In this document: one piece after another, positions 26,372 through 39,709 of the stretch
How positions within the stretch are numbered: position 1 is the first letter of the stretch
Layout: every line of letters begins with the position of its first letter
DNA from: Mobula hypostoma
Taxonomy: Eukaryota
Length of the DNA: 64,000 bases
Direction: 5' to 3'
Assembly: GCF_963921235.1 (NCBI RefSeq)
Contig: NC_086097.1
Span: 138,882,001 to 138,946,000 of the forward strand
Notes under the pieces: generated by a model
Told to the model about the DNA's origin: nothing
Seen by the model: only the letters and a program-made list of their open reading frames with translations
Databases searched by the model: none
Made by a program: the position numbers and the translations under genes

Positions 26372-28600
26372 AGCAACACACAAAGTGCTGGAGGAACTCA
26401 GCAGACCAGGCAGCATCTGTGGAGGGAAATAAACACCTCCTGTTTTGGACTGAGACCCTTCTCCAGGTCTGGACAGGAAGGGGACAGAATCCAGATTAAG
26501 AAGGTGGATGGAGGAGAATGAGGTCAAACTGGCAAGTGATGGGTGAGATCAGGCGTGGCAGTAGAATGGTGGGTTGGAGAGGGGAATGATGTGAGAAGCT
26601 GGAAGGTGATAGGTGGAAGGGATAGGGGGCTGAGGAAGAAGGCGTCTGACGGGAGAAGACAATGCAGTAAAGGGAAGGAGGTGGGGAACTGGGGGGATAT
26701 GATAGGAAGTTAATGGCAGGGTACAGAAGAGGTCAGGTGACACTCCACCTGTGAGTCTGTCAGTGTCATTTATTGTGTCCAGTGCTCCCAATGTGGCCTT
26801 CTCTACATCAGTGAGACTTGATACAGATTGAGGGACTGCTTTGTCGAGCACCTTTACACTGTCTGCCGCAAAAGGCAAGATCTTCTGGTGGCCACCAATT
26901 TCAGTTCCACCTCATTTTCCCACAGTGGCATGTCTGTCCATAGCCTCCCCTACTGTCATGATGAGGCCAAGCACAGGCCGGAGAGCAACAACTCATATCC
27001 TATCTGGGTAGCCTCCAACCTGACGGGCATGAACATAGATTTTTATAACATCTGGTTACTTCCCTTTCTTTCCCCTCCATCTCCCATTTTTCTCCTCACA
27101 TTCTGATGGCCCTCTCACCCCTTCCCTTCCCCTCTCTGACCTTAATGACTTGCCCATCACTTCTCTCTGGTTCTCGCTTACTTTTATTTACTCCACTGTC
27201 TCCTCCTATCAGTTCCCTGCTTCCTCACCTCTCCAACCATCACCTTCCAGTTCCTCAAATCATATTCCCCTTCCCTGCCGAACCACCTCTCTCATCTGGT
27301 CTCACCTATCACTTGCCAGCTTGTACAACTTCCCTCCATCCATCTTCTTATTCTGCCTTCTGGACCCTCCCTTTGCAGCCCTGATGAAGGGTCTCGGGCT
27401 GAAACGTCAACTGTTTACTTTCCTCCATAGATAGAACCATAGAACTATAGAACATGACAGCACAGAAACAGGCCTTTTAGCCCTTCTTGGCTGTGCTGAA
27501 CCATTTTTCTGCCTAGTCCCACTGACCTGCACCTGGACCATATTGCTCCATACACCTCTCATCCATGTACCTGTCCAAGTTTTTCTTAAGTGTTAAAAGT
27601 GAGCCTGCATTTACCACTTCATCTGGCAGCTCATTCCACACTCCCACCACTCTCTGTGTGTGAAGAAGCCCAACCCGCCCCAGATGTTCCATTCAAATTT
27701 TTCCTCCTTCACCCTTAACCCATGTCCTCTGGTTTTTTTCTCCTTGCCTCAGTGGAAAAAGCCTGCTTGCATTCATTGTATCTATACCCATCATAATTTT
27801 ATATACCTCTATCAAATCTCCCCCCATTCTTCTACGCTCCAGGGAATAAAGTCCTAACCTTTTCAACCTTTCTCTGTAACTGAGTTTCTCAAGTCCCAGC
27901 AACATCCCTGTAAACCTTCTCTGCACTCTTTCAACCTTATTTATATCCTTCCTGTAATTTGGTGACCAAAACTGAACACAATACTCCAGATTCGGCCTCA
28001 CCAATGCCTTATACAACCTCATCATAACATTCCAGCTCTTATACTCAATACTTTGATTAATAAAGGCCAATGTACCAAAAGCTCTCTTTACGACCCTATC
28101 TACCTGTGATGCCACTTTTAGGGAATTTTGTATCTATACTCCCAGATCCCTCTGTTCTACTGCACTCCTCAGTGCCCTACCATTTACCTTGCATGTTCTA
28201 CCTTGGTTTGTCCTTCCAAAGTGCAATACCTCACACTTGTCTGTATTAAACTCCATCTGCCATTTTTCAGCCCATTTTTCCAGCTGGTCCAAATCCCTCT
28301 GCAAGCTTTGAAAACTTTCTTCACTGTCTACTACACCTCCAGTCTTTGTATCATCAGCAAATTTGCTGATCCAATTTACCACATTATCATCCAGATCATT
28401 GATATAGATGACAAATAACAATGGACCCAGCACTGATCCCTGTGGCACACCACTAGTCACAGGCCTCCACTCGGAGAAGCAATTCTCTACCACCACTCTC
28501 TGGCTTCTTCCCTTGAGCCAAAGTCTAATCCAATTTGCCACCTCTCCATGTATACCTAGCTGCTGCCTGACCTGCTGAGTTCCTCCAGCATTTTGCGTGT
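26372..28600 (+). mobile_element. Penelope-like element (GIY-YIG 3' part with an inverted terminal copy at ~26372-26735), split by a CR1 insertion
   Basis: ~26745-26860 encodes CESVSVIYCVQCSQCGLLYISET*YRLRDCFVEHL; terminus CATAGA|TGCTGCCTGACC is split between ~27431 and 28561. Confidence 0.85.
27432..28560 (-). mobile_element. Relatively young 5'-truncated CR1 LINE
   Basis: Well-preserved GVPQGSVLGPLLFVIYINDLD, KFADDTK, LYKALVRPNLEYCVQFWSP; (TTCTATGG)-like tail. Confidence 0.95.
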
Positions 28601-31600
28601 ACTACATAACTATATCCGTATTGGTGATGGTTTCATCACCTCTCTGGTGTTACAGTTGCAAACACTTCTGTAAACATATGATGATGGTGTTATTAGAGGT
28701 GTAACACCCTCTATGGAGGTGTTAACAATTCTGTAACCATACAGGGAAAGGTGTGTCAGTGCTGCCTCAGTAAAGAGTAAGGTTCCATAGCTCTGTAATA
28801 TTATGGCTAAAGGTACTATCAATGTTGCAGGAGTACAGGCAAGGGTGTTCTCATATTATAACCTTGAGTTGATGAAGGATTAGGATATTGAGACCTCAGA
28901 CCTGGTTCAAAACATGGTCTGTTAGGCAACAATGACCTCTACTCACCTGTATACCCCTGAGACCCAGACTGCCGAATGCAGGTACCACAAGGAACTGGAG
29001 AGATGTCACCAACGCTGTTTCTACATTAACTGAGAGGGGAAGTGAACCAAAATCAGTGTCCCCTTCCCTTCTGATGTCTCCAGCACTGAATCCCTACATT
29101 GACTTGTCAAGATGGCACTGGCGAACCACAGCAACATGTTTTGGATGGATTAGAAAACTTCTAAAGATACTTCCTCTGAATCACTCTCACTGTAATCTGC
29201 CGTCTGCAATTTCCCTTTAAGCAACATACTTTTGAACCATCTTAATGAATCAACGATTTCACAATCTTCTGAAGGACTTGGTGGGATTAACTCTCAAGCA
29301 GACAGGCAAGGCACTTTTAAGTAGACAAAGGTGCATCACCATGCCCAGGAGAGAGGGAGGAGGGGAGCACTGCAAGCTAGACTGAAACGCAGAGGAATGA
29401 AAGCTCCCCCACCCAGAATCTTATTAGCAAATGTGCACTTGCTGGAGAACAAGATTGAGGACCTAAGACAAGTTTGCTGTATCAGAGGGAAATGAGGAAT
29501 TGTTGTGTTCTGTGTTCCACAGAGACATGGCTCACTTTAAACGTGTCGTATATGTCAGCAAGACCTGAGAACTTCTCTATACACAGGATAGACTGGACTG
29601 CCAATAGGAGAAGGCAAATGGTGAGGGTCTGTGTTTCATGATAAACTCTGTGGGTCTTGTGCACTCTTGATCCCCAAACCTGGAAAATCTAGTGATTAAG
29701 TGCCAATCATTCTGCTTATCAAGAGATTTTTCCTCAGTAATCTTAACCACAGTTTACATATTGCAAAAAGCCAACATTATCAGGCACTCGTGATTGTGAA
29801 TGATGCCAATACCAATCAAGTAACAGCCCAACCCAATACCTTTCAAATCATAGCTGGGGACTTCAATCAGGCTTGTTTGAAGAAATCTCTGCTTAGTTAT
29901 CATCAAAATATAACCCGCAGGACCAGGGATCCCAAAACACTCAACTACTTCTATACTACGATTAGCAATGTCTACTGTTTCAAGCCAAGACTGCATTTTG
30001 TGAAATCTGATCACTTGATTGTCTCTCTCCTACCTGCATACAGACAGAGGCTAAAGACCAAGAGGACAACAAAGGCGTGGTTGTGGAAGACAGAGGAATG
30101 GCTATGTATTTCGATTCAGTGGACTGGGCTGTGTTGAAGGATTCATCAGAGAATCTGAATGAAATCACCATATTTATCATGGACTTTATAAAAACAATTG
30201 TAGATGCATATGACCCCACAAAATCATTTTGAGTTTTCCCCAACTAGAAGCCTTGGATGAACCATGAGATTCACAATCTGCTGAGAGCCAGATCAGTGGC
30301 ATTCAGGTCTGGCAACCAAATGGATACAAAAGATTCGGGTATGATCTCTGGAAATCCATTTCAATAATATGGAGTGGCAATTCTTGACCAAACTTGAATC
30401 ACTGAAGGATGCTTGACAGCTGTGGAAAGGCTTGAATGCCACTGCCTCCTACAAAGTGAAGCCAAGCGACCTAGGTGACAACAAGGCTTTGCTCCCAGCT
30501 GAGCTCGATGCCTTCTACGCTCGATTTGACCATCAAAACAAAGGAGAATCTTCATGAACTCCCACAGCTTCCAATGACTTCAGTCTCTGAGGCCGGCACG
30601 AGAGCATCCTTCAGAAGGGTGAACGCACGGGAAGTATCTGGCCCAGATGGGGTACCTGGCTAAAGGCCCGTGCTGATCAACTGGCTAGGGTGTTTACCGT
30701 TATCTTCACCCTCTCACTTCGCAGTCCGAGGGACCCAGATGTTTCAACAGGCTTCACTTACACCAGTGCCTAAGGAAAATGTAGTTACCTGTCTCAATGA
30801 CTATCACCCAGCAGCACTTACATACATTCACTGTGCTGAAGTGCTTTCAGAGGTTGGTGATGAAACATATCAACTTCTGCCTGAGATGGATCCACTCCAA
30901 CTTGTGTGCCGTCACAACAGGTCCAGAGCAGATGCCATTTCATTGGCTTTTCACAACCCTGGACCTTCAGGATGGTGAAGTTGTATACATCAAGATGCTC
31001 TTTATTGACTACAGCTCGATGTTTAATACTATCAGCCCCTCACGACTAATCAATAAACTTCAAGACCTTGGCCTGAATACCTCCTTGTGCACCTGGATCT
31101 TCGGTTTCCTCACTTGCAGACCCCAGTCAGTTCGGACTGGCATAATCACCTTCTCCACAAGGTGCACCACAAGGCCCTGTGCTTGGAAATTCACTTTATA
31201 ATTATGACTAGGCGCAGCTCCAAAGCCAAGTTTAAGCTTGCTGGTGACATCAATGTTGTTGGCTGAAGCAAAGGTGGTGAATCAGCATATAGGAGGGAGA
31301 TTAAAAACCCGCTCGAGTGGTGTCACAACGACAACCTCTCACTCTTCAAGAAGGTAGAGAGGCAGACAAAAGGAAATTATAGGCCAGTTAGTCTGTCAGT
31401 GTTGGAGTCGATTGTTAAGGTTGTGGTTCTGGGGTGCTTGGAGGCACATGATAAAAGAAGCCGTAGTCAGCATGGTTTCTTCAAGGGAAAATCTTGTCTG
31501 ACAAATCTGTTAGCATTCTCTGAAGAAATAACAAGTAGAATAGACAAAGGAGAATTGGTTGATGTTGTGTTCTTGGACTTTCAGAGGCCTTTGACAAGGA

Positions 31601-32155
31601 ACCACATATGAGGCTGGTTAACATGCTACAAGCCCTCAGTATCATAGGGAAGATTCTAGAATGGATGAAGTAGTTGCTGATTGGCAGGAGGCGAAGGGTG
31701 GAAATAAAGGGAGCCTTTTCTGGTTGGCTGCTGGTGACTAGTACTGTTCCACAGCAATCTGTGTTGGGACCAATTCTTTTTACTTTATATGTTAATGATT
31801 TAGATGATGGTATTGATGGCTTGGTTGCAAAGTTTGCAGGCGATATGAAGGTAGGTGGAGGGCAGGTTGTTTTGAGGAAGTAGAGAGGCTACAGAAGGGT
31901 TTAGACAGATGATGAGAATGGGCAAAGAAGTGGCAGGTGGAATACAGTGTTGGGAAATGTATGGTCATGCACTTCGGTAGTAGAAGTGAAAGGGTTGACT
32001 ATTTTCTAAATGGAGAGAAAATACAAAAAACTGAGGCACAAAGGGACTTGTGAGTCCTTGTGCAGGATTCCCTAAAGGTTAATTTGCAGTTTAAGTCTAT
32101 GGTGAGGAAGGCAAATGTGATATTAGTATTTATTTCAAGAGGACTAGAATATAAG

Positions 32156-34175
32156 TAGGTCATGGTTCATTTTGGTAGGTCAATAGACAATAGATAATAG
32201 GTGCAGGAGTAGGCCATTTGGCTCTTCAAGCCAGCACCGCCATTCACTGTGATCATGGCTGATCATCCACAATCAGTACCTTGTTCCTGCCTTCTCCCCA
32301 CATCCCTTCACTCCGCTATCATTAAGAGCTCTATCTAACTCTTTCTTGAAAGTATCCAGAGAATTGGCCTCCACTGCCTTCTGAGGCAGAGCATTCCACA
32401 GATCCACCACTCTCTGGGTGAAAAAGATTTTGCTCAACTCCATTCTAAATGGCCTACCCCCTTATTCTCAAATTGTGGCCTCTGGTTCTGTACTCCCCCA
32501 ACATCGGGAACATGTTTCCTGCCTCTAGTGTGTCCAATCCCTTAATAATCTTATTTTTTTCAATTAGATCCCCTCTCATCTTTCTAAATTCCAGTGTATA
32601 CAAGCCCAGTCGCTCCAATCTTTCAACATATGACAGTCCCGCCATCCCGAGAATTAAGTTCATGAACCTCCGCTGCACTCCCTCAATAGCAAGAATGTCC
32701 TTCGTCAAATTTGGAGATCAAAACTATACACAATACTCCAGGTGTGGTCTCACCAGTGCCCTGTACAACTGCAGAAGCACTTCTTTGCTCCTATACTCAA
32801 TTCCCCTTGTTATGAAGGCCAACATGCCATTAGCTTTCTTCACTGCCTGCTGTACCTGCATGTTTACTTTCAGTGACTGATGAACAAGGACACCAAGATC
32901 TCATTGTACTTCCCCTTTTCCTAACTTGACATCATTCAAATAGTAATCTGCCTTTCTGTTCTTGCCATCAAAGTGAATAACCTCACATTTATCCACATTA
33001 AACTGCATCTGCCATGCATCTGCCCACTCACCCAACCTGTCCGAGTCACCCTGCATTCTCATAACATCCTCCTCACATTTCACACTGCCACCCAGCTTTG
33101 TGTCATTTGCAAATTTGCTGATGTTACGTTTAATCCCCTCATCTAAATCATTAATGTATATTGTAAATAGCTGCGGTCCCAGCACTGAGTCTTGCAGTAC
33201 CCCACAAGTCACTGCCTGCCATTCTGAAAGGGACCTGTTTATCCCTCTCTTTGTTTCCTGTCTGCCAACCAATTTTCTATCCATGTCAGTACCCTACCCC
33301 CAATACCACGTGCTCTAATTTTGCCCACTAATCTCCTATGTGGGACCTTATCAAAGGCTTTCTGAAAGTCCAGGTACACTATATCCACTGGATTTCCCTT
33401 ATCCATTTGCATAGTTACATCCTCAAATATGATGGCAGAATATAGTATTAATGGTAAGACTCTTGGCAGTGTGGAGGATCAGAGGGATCTTGGTGTCTGA
33501 GTCCATAGGACGCTCAAAGTAGTTGTGCAGGTTGACTCTGTGGTTAAGAAGGTGTATGGTGTATTGGCCTTCATCAATCATGGAATTGAATTTAGGAGCT
33601 GAGAGGTAATGTTGCAGCTATATAGGACCCTGGTCAGACCACACTTGGAGTACTGTGCTCAGTTCTGGTCACCTCACTACAGGAAGGATTTGGAAGCCAT
33701 AGAAAGGTTGCAGAGGAAATTTACAAGGATATTGCCTGGATTGGGAAGCATGCCTTATGAGAATAGGTTGAGTGAACTTGGCCTTTTCTCCTTGGAGCGA
33801 CGGAGGGTGAGAGGTGACCTGATAGAGGTGTATAAGATGATAAGAGGCATTGATCGTGTGGATAGTCAGAGGCTTTTCCCAGAGCTGAAATGGTTGCCAC
33901 AAGTGGACACAGGTTTAAGGTGCTGGGGAGTAGGTACAGAGGAGATGTCAGGGGTAAGTTTTTTACTTAGGAGTGGTGAGTGCATGGAATGGGCTGCTGG
34001 CAATGGTGGTGGAGGCAGATATGATAGGGTATTTTAAGAGACTTTTAGATAGGTACATGAAGCTTAGTAAAATAGAGGGCTATAGGTAAGCCTAGTAATT
34101 TCTAAGGTAGGGACATGTTCGTCACAACTCTGTGGGCCAAAGGGCTTGTATTGTGCTGTAGATTTTCTATGTTTC
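32156..34175 (+). mobile_element. CR1 (b), interrupted at ~32184-33426
   Basis: VHFGRS|NMMAEY junction; MLQLYRTLVRPHLEYCAQFWSP; TTTCTATG tail. Confidence 0.88.
32184..33426 (-). mobile_element. CR1 (c), innermost insertion
   Basis: VLGPQLFTIYINDLD, KFANDTK, EGVQRRF motifs; (CTATTGT)-like tail. Confidence 0.9.
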
Positions 34176-36362
34176 TATAAGAACAAGGATGTAATGTTGA
34201 GACTTTATAAAGCACTGGTGAGGCCTCACTTGGAGTATTCTAAGCAGTTTTGGGCCCCTTATCTGAGAAAGGATGTACTGAAACTGGAGATAGTTCAAAG
34301 GAAGTTCACAAAAATGATTCCAGGATTGAACGGCTTGTCATATGAAGAGCGTTTGATGGCTCTGGGCCTGTATTCACTAGAATTCAAAAGAAAGAGGGGT
34401 GACCACATTGAAAACTATTGAATGGTGAAATGCATTGATAGAGTGGATGTGGAGAGGATGTTTCCTTTGGTGGGAGTTGGGAGTGTCTAAGACTAGAGGA
34501 CAGAGCCTCAGAATAGAGATGGGGGGGGAGTGTCATTTTAGAGTGGCGATGAGAAGGAATTTCTTTAGCTGGAGAGTGGTGAATCTGTGGAACATGTTGC
34601 CACAGGCAGCTGTGGAGGCCCAGCCTTTATGTATCATTTAAGGCTGAGGTTGGTAGATTCTTGATTGGTCAGGGAATGAAGAAATTTGGCGAAGGGGGCA
34701 AGTGGGAGACAGGAGGTGGAGGCTGAGAGAAAAAATGGATCCGCCATGATGAAATGGCGGAACAGACTCGATGGGCAAAATGACCTAATTATGCACCTAT
34801 GTCTTATGGTCTTCTGGTCTCACTGAATGTCAACAAGACCAAGGAGCTGATTATCGACTTCAGTTGGAGGAAACTGGAAGTCTGTGAGCCAGTCCTTATC
34901 GGGGGATCGGAAATGGAGAGATCAGCAACTTTAAATTCCTCTGTGATATCATTTCAGAGGATCTGTATTGCGCCCAGTAAGTGCTATTATGAAGAAAGCA
35001 CAGTAAAGCCTCTAGTTTTTGAGGGGTTTGCAAAGATTCAGCATGACATCTAAAACTTTAAGGGAAACTTCTATGAATGTGTGATGAAGAGTATATTGAC
35101 TGGTCCACCACAGGTAAAGCCCACTCCACTATTGAAGTGCTGTCACAGGAAAGCAATGTCCGTTATCAAGGACACCCCATCACCCAGTTCATACTCTCTT
35201 CTCGCTGCTGTCATCAGGAAGAAGGTACAGGAGCTTCAGAACCTACACCACCATGTTCAGGAACAGTTATTAGCTCTCAACCATCAGGCTCTTGAACTAA
35301 AGGGGATAACTTAGTTCAACTTCACTCGCCCCACTGTTCCGACAGTCTATGGACTTCCTTTCAAGAACTCTTCACCCTATTATTGCCTGCTTGCTTGCTT
35401 ATTTATTTATTTATTTACATTATACTTTTCTTCTTTTGTATTTGCATAGTTTGCAGCCTTTTGCATTTTGGTTGTTTGTCTGTCCTGCTGGACATAGTCT
35501 TTCATTGATTCTTTTGTCGTTTCTTGGACTTACTGTGTATGCCCACAAGAAAATGAATCTCAGGGTTGTATATGGTGACATATATGTACTTTGAACTTTG
35601 GTGGGCAACAACAGTCATGGGCCTGGTCCTCTTTTTTGGGTAAGAGGTTACCATGAGGAGAGTCGAAGTGATTCAAGGATGTGCTCAAATGAATTTAGCA
35701 TCCTCACTGACTCCTGGCACTCTCTGGCCCATGACCATTCAAAATGGAGACGAAACATTCAGGACAGCATTGAGAACCTTGATTCCGTGCATCAGAAGCA
35801 CACAGAGGGCCCGCACCTGGTGGGAAGAGCAAACCAGCCATTCCCCCACCCTTTCAAGCACCCCATGCCCCATCTGTGCATGAACCTGTGGTTCCCTTAT
35901 TGGCCTCACTGGTCACCTTGGAATCCACAGATCCATATGGGAAGCCAGTCATCCTCAGTCACAAAGGACTGCCGAAGTAAAGGAAGAACTATATTGTCAT
36001 CAAAAGTGTTATCAGTGCTAAGACTTCATCGTGGAACGGGATATGAAATTATGAAGGTCATAGTTTGGGTGAATGCACATAGATGCTTTAGCTATAGCAG
36101 CGAATCAAGAACTGCAGGGCATAGGATTAACAGGGGAAGGGACCTGATGAATAAGATTTTCACAGAGAATGGCAATAATATACCAAACAAGCTGCCAGTG
36201 AATGTAGTTCAGGCAAGCAGATACAATAACAACATCCGTCTCTAAAGGACTTGTGGTCAAGCAAGCAGAGAGGAAAGATATGAGTCAGACTCAAGTAAAA
36301 GGGACGAGCTTTGATGGGCTCCTTGGTCAGCATGGACTGTATGACTGCAGGACCCACTGCTA

Positions 36363-36546
36363 TGCTGTAATGGTATGGCTGAAAGTGGTGTTATGCTTGT
36401 AATTGTATGGGTGAAAGTGTGTTAGTGCTTATAATGGTATGAGTGAAAGTGTGTTAATGCTTGTAATTGTATGGGTGAAAGTGGGGTTAGTGCTTGTAAT
36501 GGTATGGGTGAAAGTGTGTTAGTGCTTGCAATGGTATGGGTGAAAA
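36363..36546. repeat. ~32-bp minisatellite (GTGTTAGTGCTTGTAATGGTATGGGTGAAAGT), 5-6 copies
   Basis: Directly visible. Confidence 0.9.
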
Positions 36547-37798
36547 TGATGATATCAGTGCTGTAACAGTATAGTTAATGGTGTTTCATTGGCGCATGGT
36601 AAAAGGGCAGTCAGTATTACCCTTGTCATGACTTTATATATTTTTTCATGTGACCACACACAGTATATACCTTCAGAGTAGCTCTTTTGGGCCCCAGCTC
36701 TGTGCTGTTGGCTCTGTTTCCCCACCTATGTAAATTTGGATTCATGTTCGGATCCAGACCTATTTTTAGCTAAGGTCCTATCTTCACAATCAGTATTCAG
36801 CTCTAATATATCTATCACTGCTGTGCCTGTCTGTCTGATGGCCTGTGATTCATTCTCTCATAGTGACTGCATCGGAGCTCCCAGCAACAAATGGCCACGA
36901 GGAATAGCGACATGTCATTGTCAGTGATAATGAAGCACTAGTTGATCAGACTTGTAAGGACATTACTGTGAGCCCTGGCAATCAGCTGGCACTCAGCACA
37001 TATGTTCCATTAGCAAGTGTTCCCTGGTAATCTGCTGCTGGGGCGTTTCTGATCTCCAGGTTTTTGTAGAGTGGGTGGGATGTGACTGTGGCACAGATTT
37101 CAGTGATCAGTGTCAAAGGACTGGTGCTCAGAGTCTGTTACCCTGAATTCTGTCCACAATCTCTTCCTGGGATTCCCAGCAATTTAATCAGCACAGCCTC
37201 CCCCACAGAGGATCTGTAAATATGTGAGAACAAGAGAACCACAGTTGTGACTCCTCAATCAATTCGTACTGCGATGTACATCTTTAAATCAGGAAGTGTA
37301 AATTACAGACGTATTTCACAGGACAATCAGATGCAGAACACAAAATAATGTGAGGAGAAAATGTAAGATTGTACATGACAGGGAGATAACGATAAACAAA
37401 AGGTAGTTTTTAACGTTTTAAGATCTCCAACAATAACTCAGATCTGACAGAGTAAGACTCTGAACCTCATAATTTCATAAACATCTATGAGGTCACTGAT
37501 CAGCTTCTCATGTTCCAGTGAGAATAAACACAACCTATTCAATCTCTCCAACCCTCTATTCCAGAAACTTCCTGCTGCATCTCTTACACATAGTCTCTTT
37601 TGCTAACACACCCTTCCTGTACTGCGGCAACCAGAACTGTACCCAACAGATTGATGGAATATGCAAATGTGGATTCATGTCAGGAGCCAGAACTATTTTT
37701 AGCTAAGACCTTATCTTCAAAATCAGACTTCAGGTCTAACCTTTCAGTTTAGATGCATGATTGCCATGCCTGTCTGTCTGATGGCCTGTGCTTTATTC

Positions 37799-38269
37799 AA
37801 AAAGGTCTCATGCTATCCATTCGAAGTAGGCTGCCGTGGGTTTATTGCGTTCACTCTCCAGGAGTGGCTGCGTGACCTTGGCTTCACTAGAAGAGAGATC
37901 AAGTCAACCAGCAGGGCTGTAGCTGAGGCAGCAGAGAAAGGATCAGCATGGGTGTGGACCAAGTATGTCCAGAGGGGCAGATAGCCAGACAGTGTATACA
38001 TATCTTGCAAACCCTTCAGTAGTTGCATAGACACCTGAAGAGCAGACTATCTGTTGGATGGAAGTGACCAACAACTCTGATAGAGGCAGATGTCAAGTTT
38101 TTAAGCTCACTAGTGGGAGGTGGTGCTTTAGCACTGCTGGCCCACCACCTCGAGGGGGTCTTGATCATAAGCGGGACAAAACTCCTGAAGACAGGTGGCA
38201 GATCAACTGATGATCCCACTGGTGATAGCACAGGACAGTTAACATCTTAATCCACGTGTATTTTGTAAC
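37799..38269 (+). mobile_element. 3' end of a HERO-like (restriction-like endonuclease) non-LTR retrotransposon
   Basis: CYPFEVGCRGFIAFTLQEWLRDLGF..AEAAEKGSAWVWTK*, matching the PxEVGCRGF..SxWxW C-terminus, followed by a 3' UTR. Confidence 0.75.
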
Positions 38270-39171
38270 TGTCATAGTGACTGTATCGAAGATCTCAGTA
38301 AAGGACAGAAACACGCTGGTGTCAGTGATAACAAAGTTCCAGCTGATCAGACCTTGTGAGGACCTTACTCTGAGCCCTGGCAACCAACTGTCACTCAATT
38401 CTGAATCTACACAGCCATGTTTCCCTGAATCCTATGCTTCCTGACTTTCTGAATGAGGAACCATGTGGAATTTTACCAAAATCCATGTACACCCCAGCCA
38501 CTGCTCTGCTTTCATCAATTTGTTTCATCATTCATGCTCATCAGCGAGGCCCTGCCCCTCATAAAGCCATGCTGACAACCCCTCATCAAAACACACACAC
38601 TTTAAGTCATGTTTCTAAGAATCTTTTCCAATAATTTGCTCACCACCGATGTAAGATTTCACTGATCTATAAGTCCCAGGATTATTCCTACTCCCTTTTT
38701 TAAACACTTCACCTCCTGGAGGAACCTGCAGTATATCCTGAATGGTTCCAGGGATACACCTTCCTTAACATCCACATCTTCTAACATATCAACCTATCTT
38801 ACACTGTCCTCTCATTTGTCAAGGTCCCTCTCAATGGTGAATACTGAAGGGAGTATTCTTTAAGGACCGTTCCTACCTTCCAGTAACATATTTCCTTTTT
38901 TATCCCTAATTAGTCCTACCCTCACTCTGGTCATCCTCCAGTTCATCAAGTATGTGTAGGGTGCCTTGGAGTTTTCTTCCATTCAGCCTTTTCATGCCAC
39001 CTTTTATCTCTCCTAAGTCCATTATTAAGCTCATTCCTGGCTACCCTGCTATTCTCTAGAGCCCTGTCTGATCCTTGCTTCCTAAACCTTAATAATGCTT
39101 CTTTCTTCATCTTGACTAGATGCTCCACATCTCTTGTCAATCATGCTTCCTTCAGCCTACTATCCTTTCCC

Positions 39172-39206
39172 AGAGCGAGTGAGATTGAGAGAAAGAGAGA
39201 GTGAGA

Positions 39207-39241
<35 letters not shown>
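39172..39241. repeat. Compound (GA)/(GT) microsatellite
   Basis: Directly visible. Confidence 0.9.
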
Positions 39242-39242
<1 letters not shown>

Positions 39243-39255
39243 TGGGGGGGAGGGA

Positions 39256-39548
39256 GGATTCTGGCTAATTGGGACACATCAGGGTCAATTCATTTCAGCC
39301 CAATTAAGCAGCTGTCCCAAATAACTGAAGTTTCATGGAAATATTTGAAAACATATAAAAAAGACAAACTACCATTTAACCGTATAACAAGTTATGTATT
39401 TAAATGAAATATAGAACAAATTAGAACACTAATGATACTACTACAGTACTATAGAACTACTTCCTAATAGATACTGATGGAGGAATTTATCCCATATGCG
39501 TTGCTGTGTTCTTTTAATTCACTGTAAATGAACAAAATCAGTGCAGCG
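39256..39548. mobile_element. Possible Tigger/Tc1-mariner-like DNA transposon fragment
   Basis: Starts GATTCTGGCTAATTGGGAC with internal CCCAATTAA repeats; second TIR not found. Confidence 0.4.
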
Positions 39549-39709
39549 ACTTAGTTCAGATCCTTGATTCAGGTCCTTGCTTAGGCAGGAGTTGATTCTG
39601 ACCCTTACCAACCTCTCAAAGCATTCTCTAAACAATCCCCTCATTTCCATTGTGAATTTCCCAGCATATCTGTTTAAAAACATGAACATCTGCGGACGCC
39701 GGAGATCCA

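Larger units (their letters stand above)
31345..34817 (+). mobile_element. CR1 (a), interrupted at ~32156-34175
   Basis: QHGFFKGKSCLTNLL; resumes as YKNKDVMLRLYKALVRPHLEY; TCTTATGG-like tail. Confidence 0.9.
29330..35598 (+). mobile_element. Rex1/Babar-like LINE, interrupted at ~31344-34817 by nested CR1s
   Basis: [44 protein letters not shown]; resumes as LNVNKTKELIIDF; ACTTTGA tail. Confidence 0.85.

Noticed and set aside
35598..36245. 215-aa ORF
   Set aside because: Non-ATG start, spans degenerate LINE-like pieces, no recognisable domain
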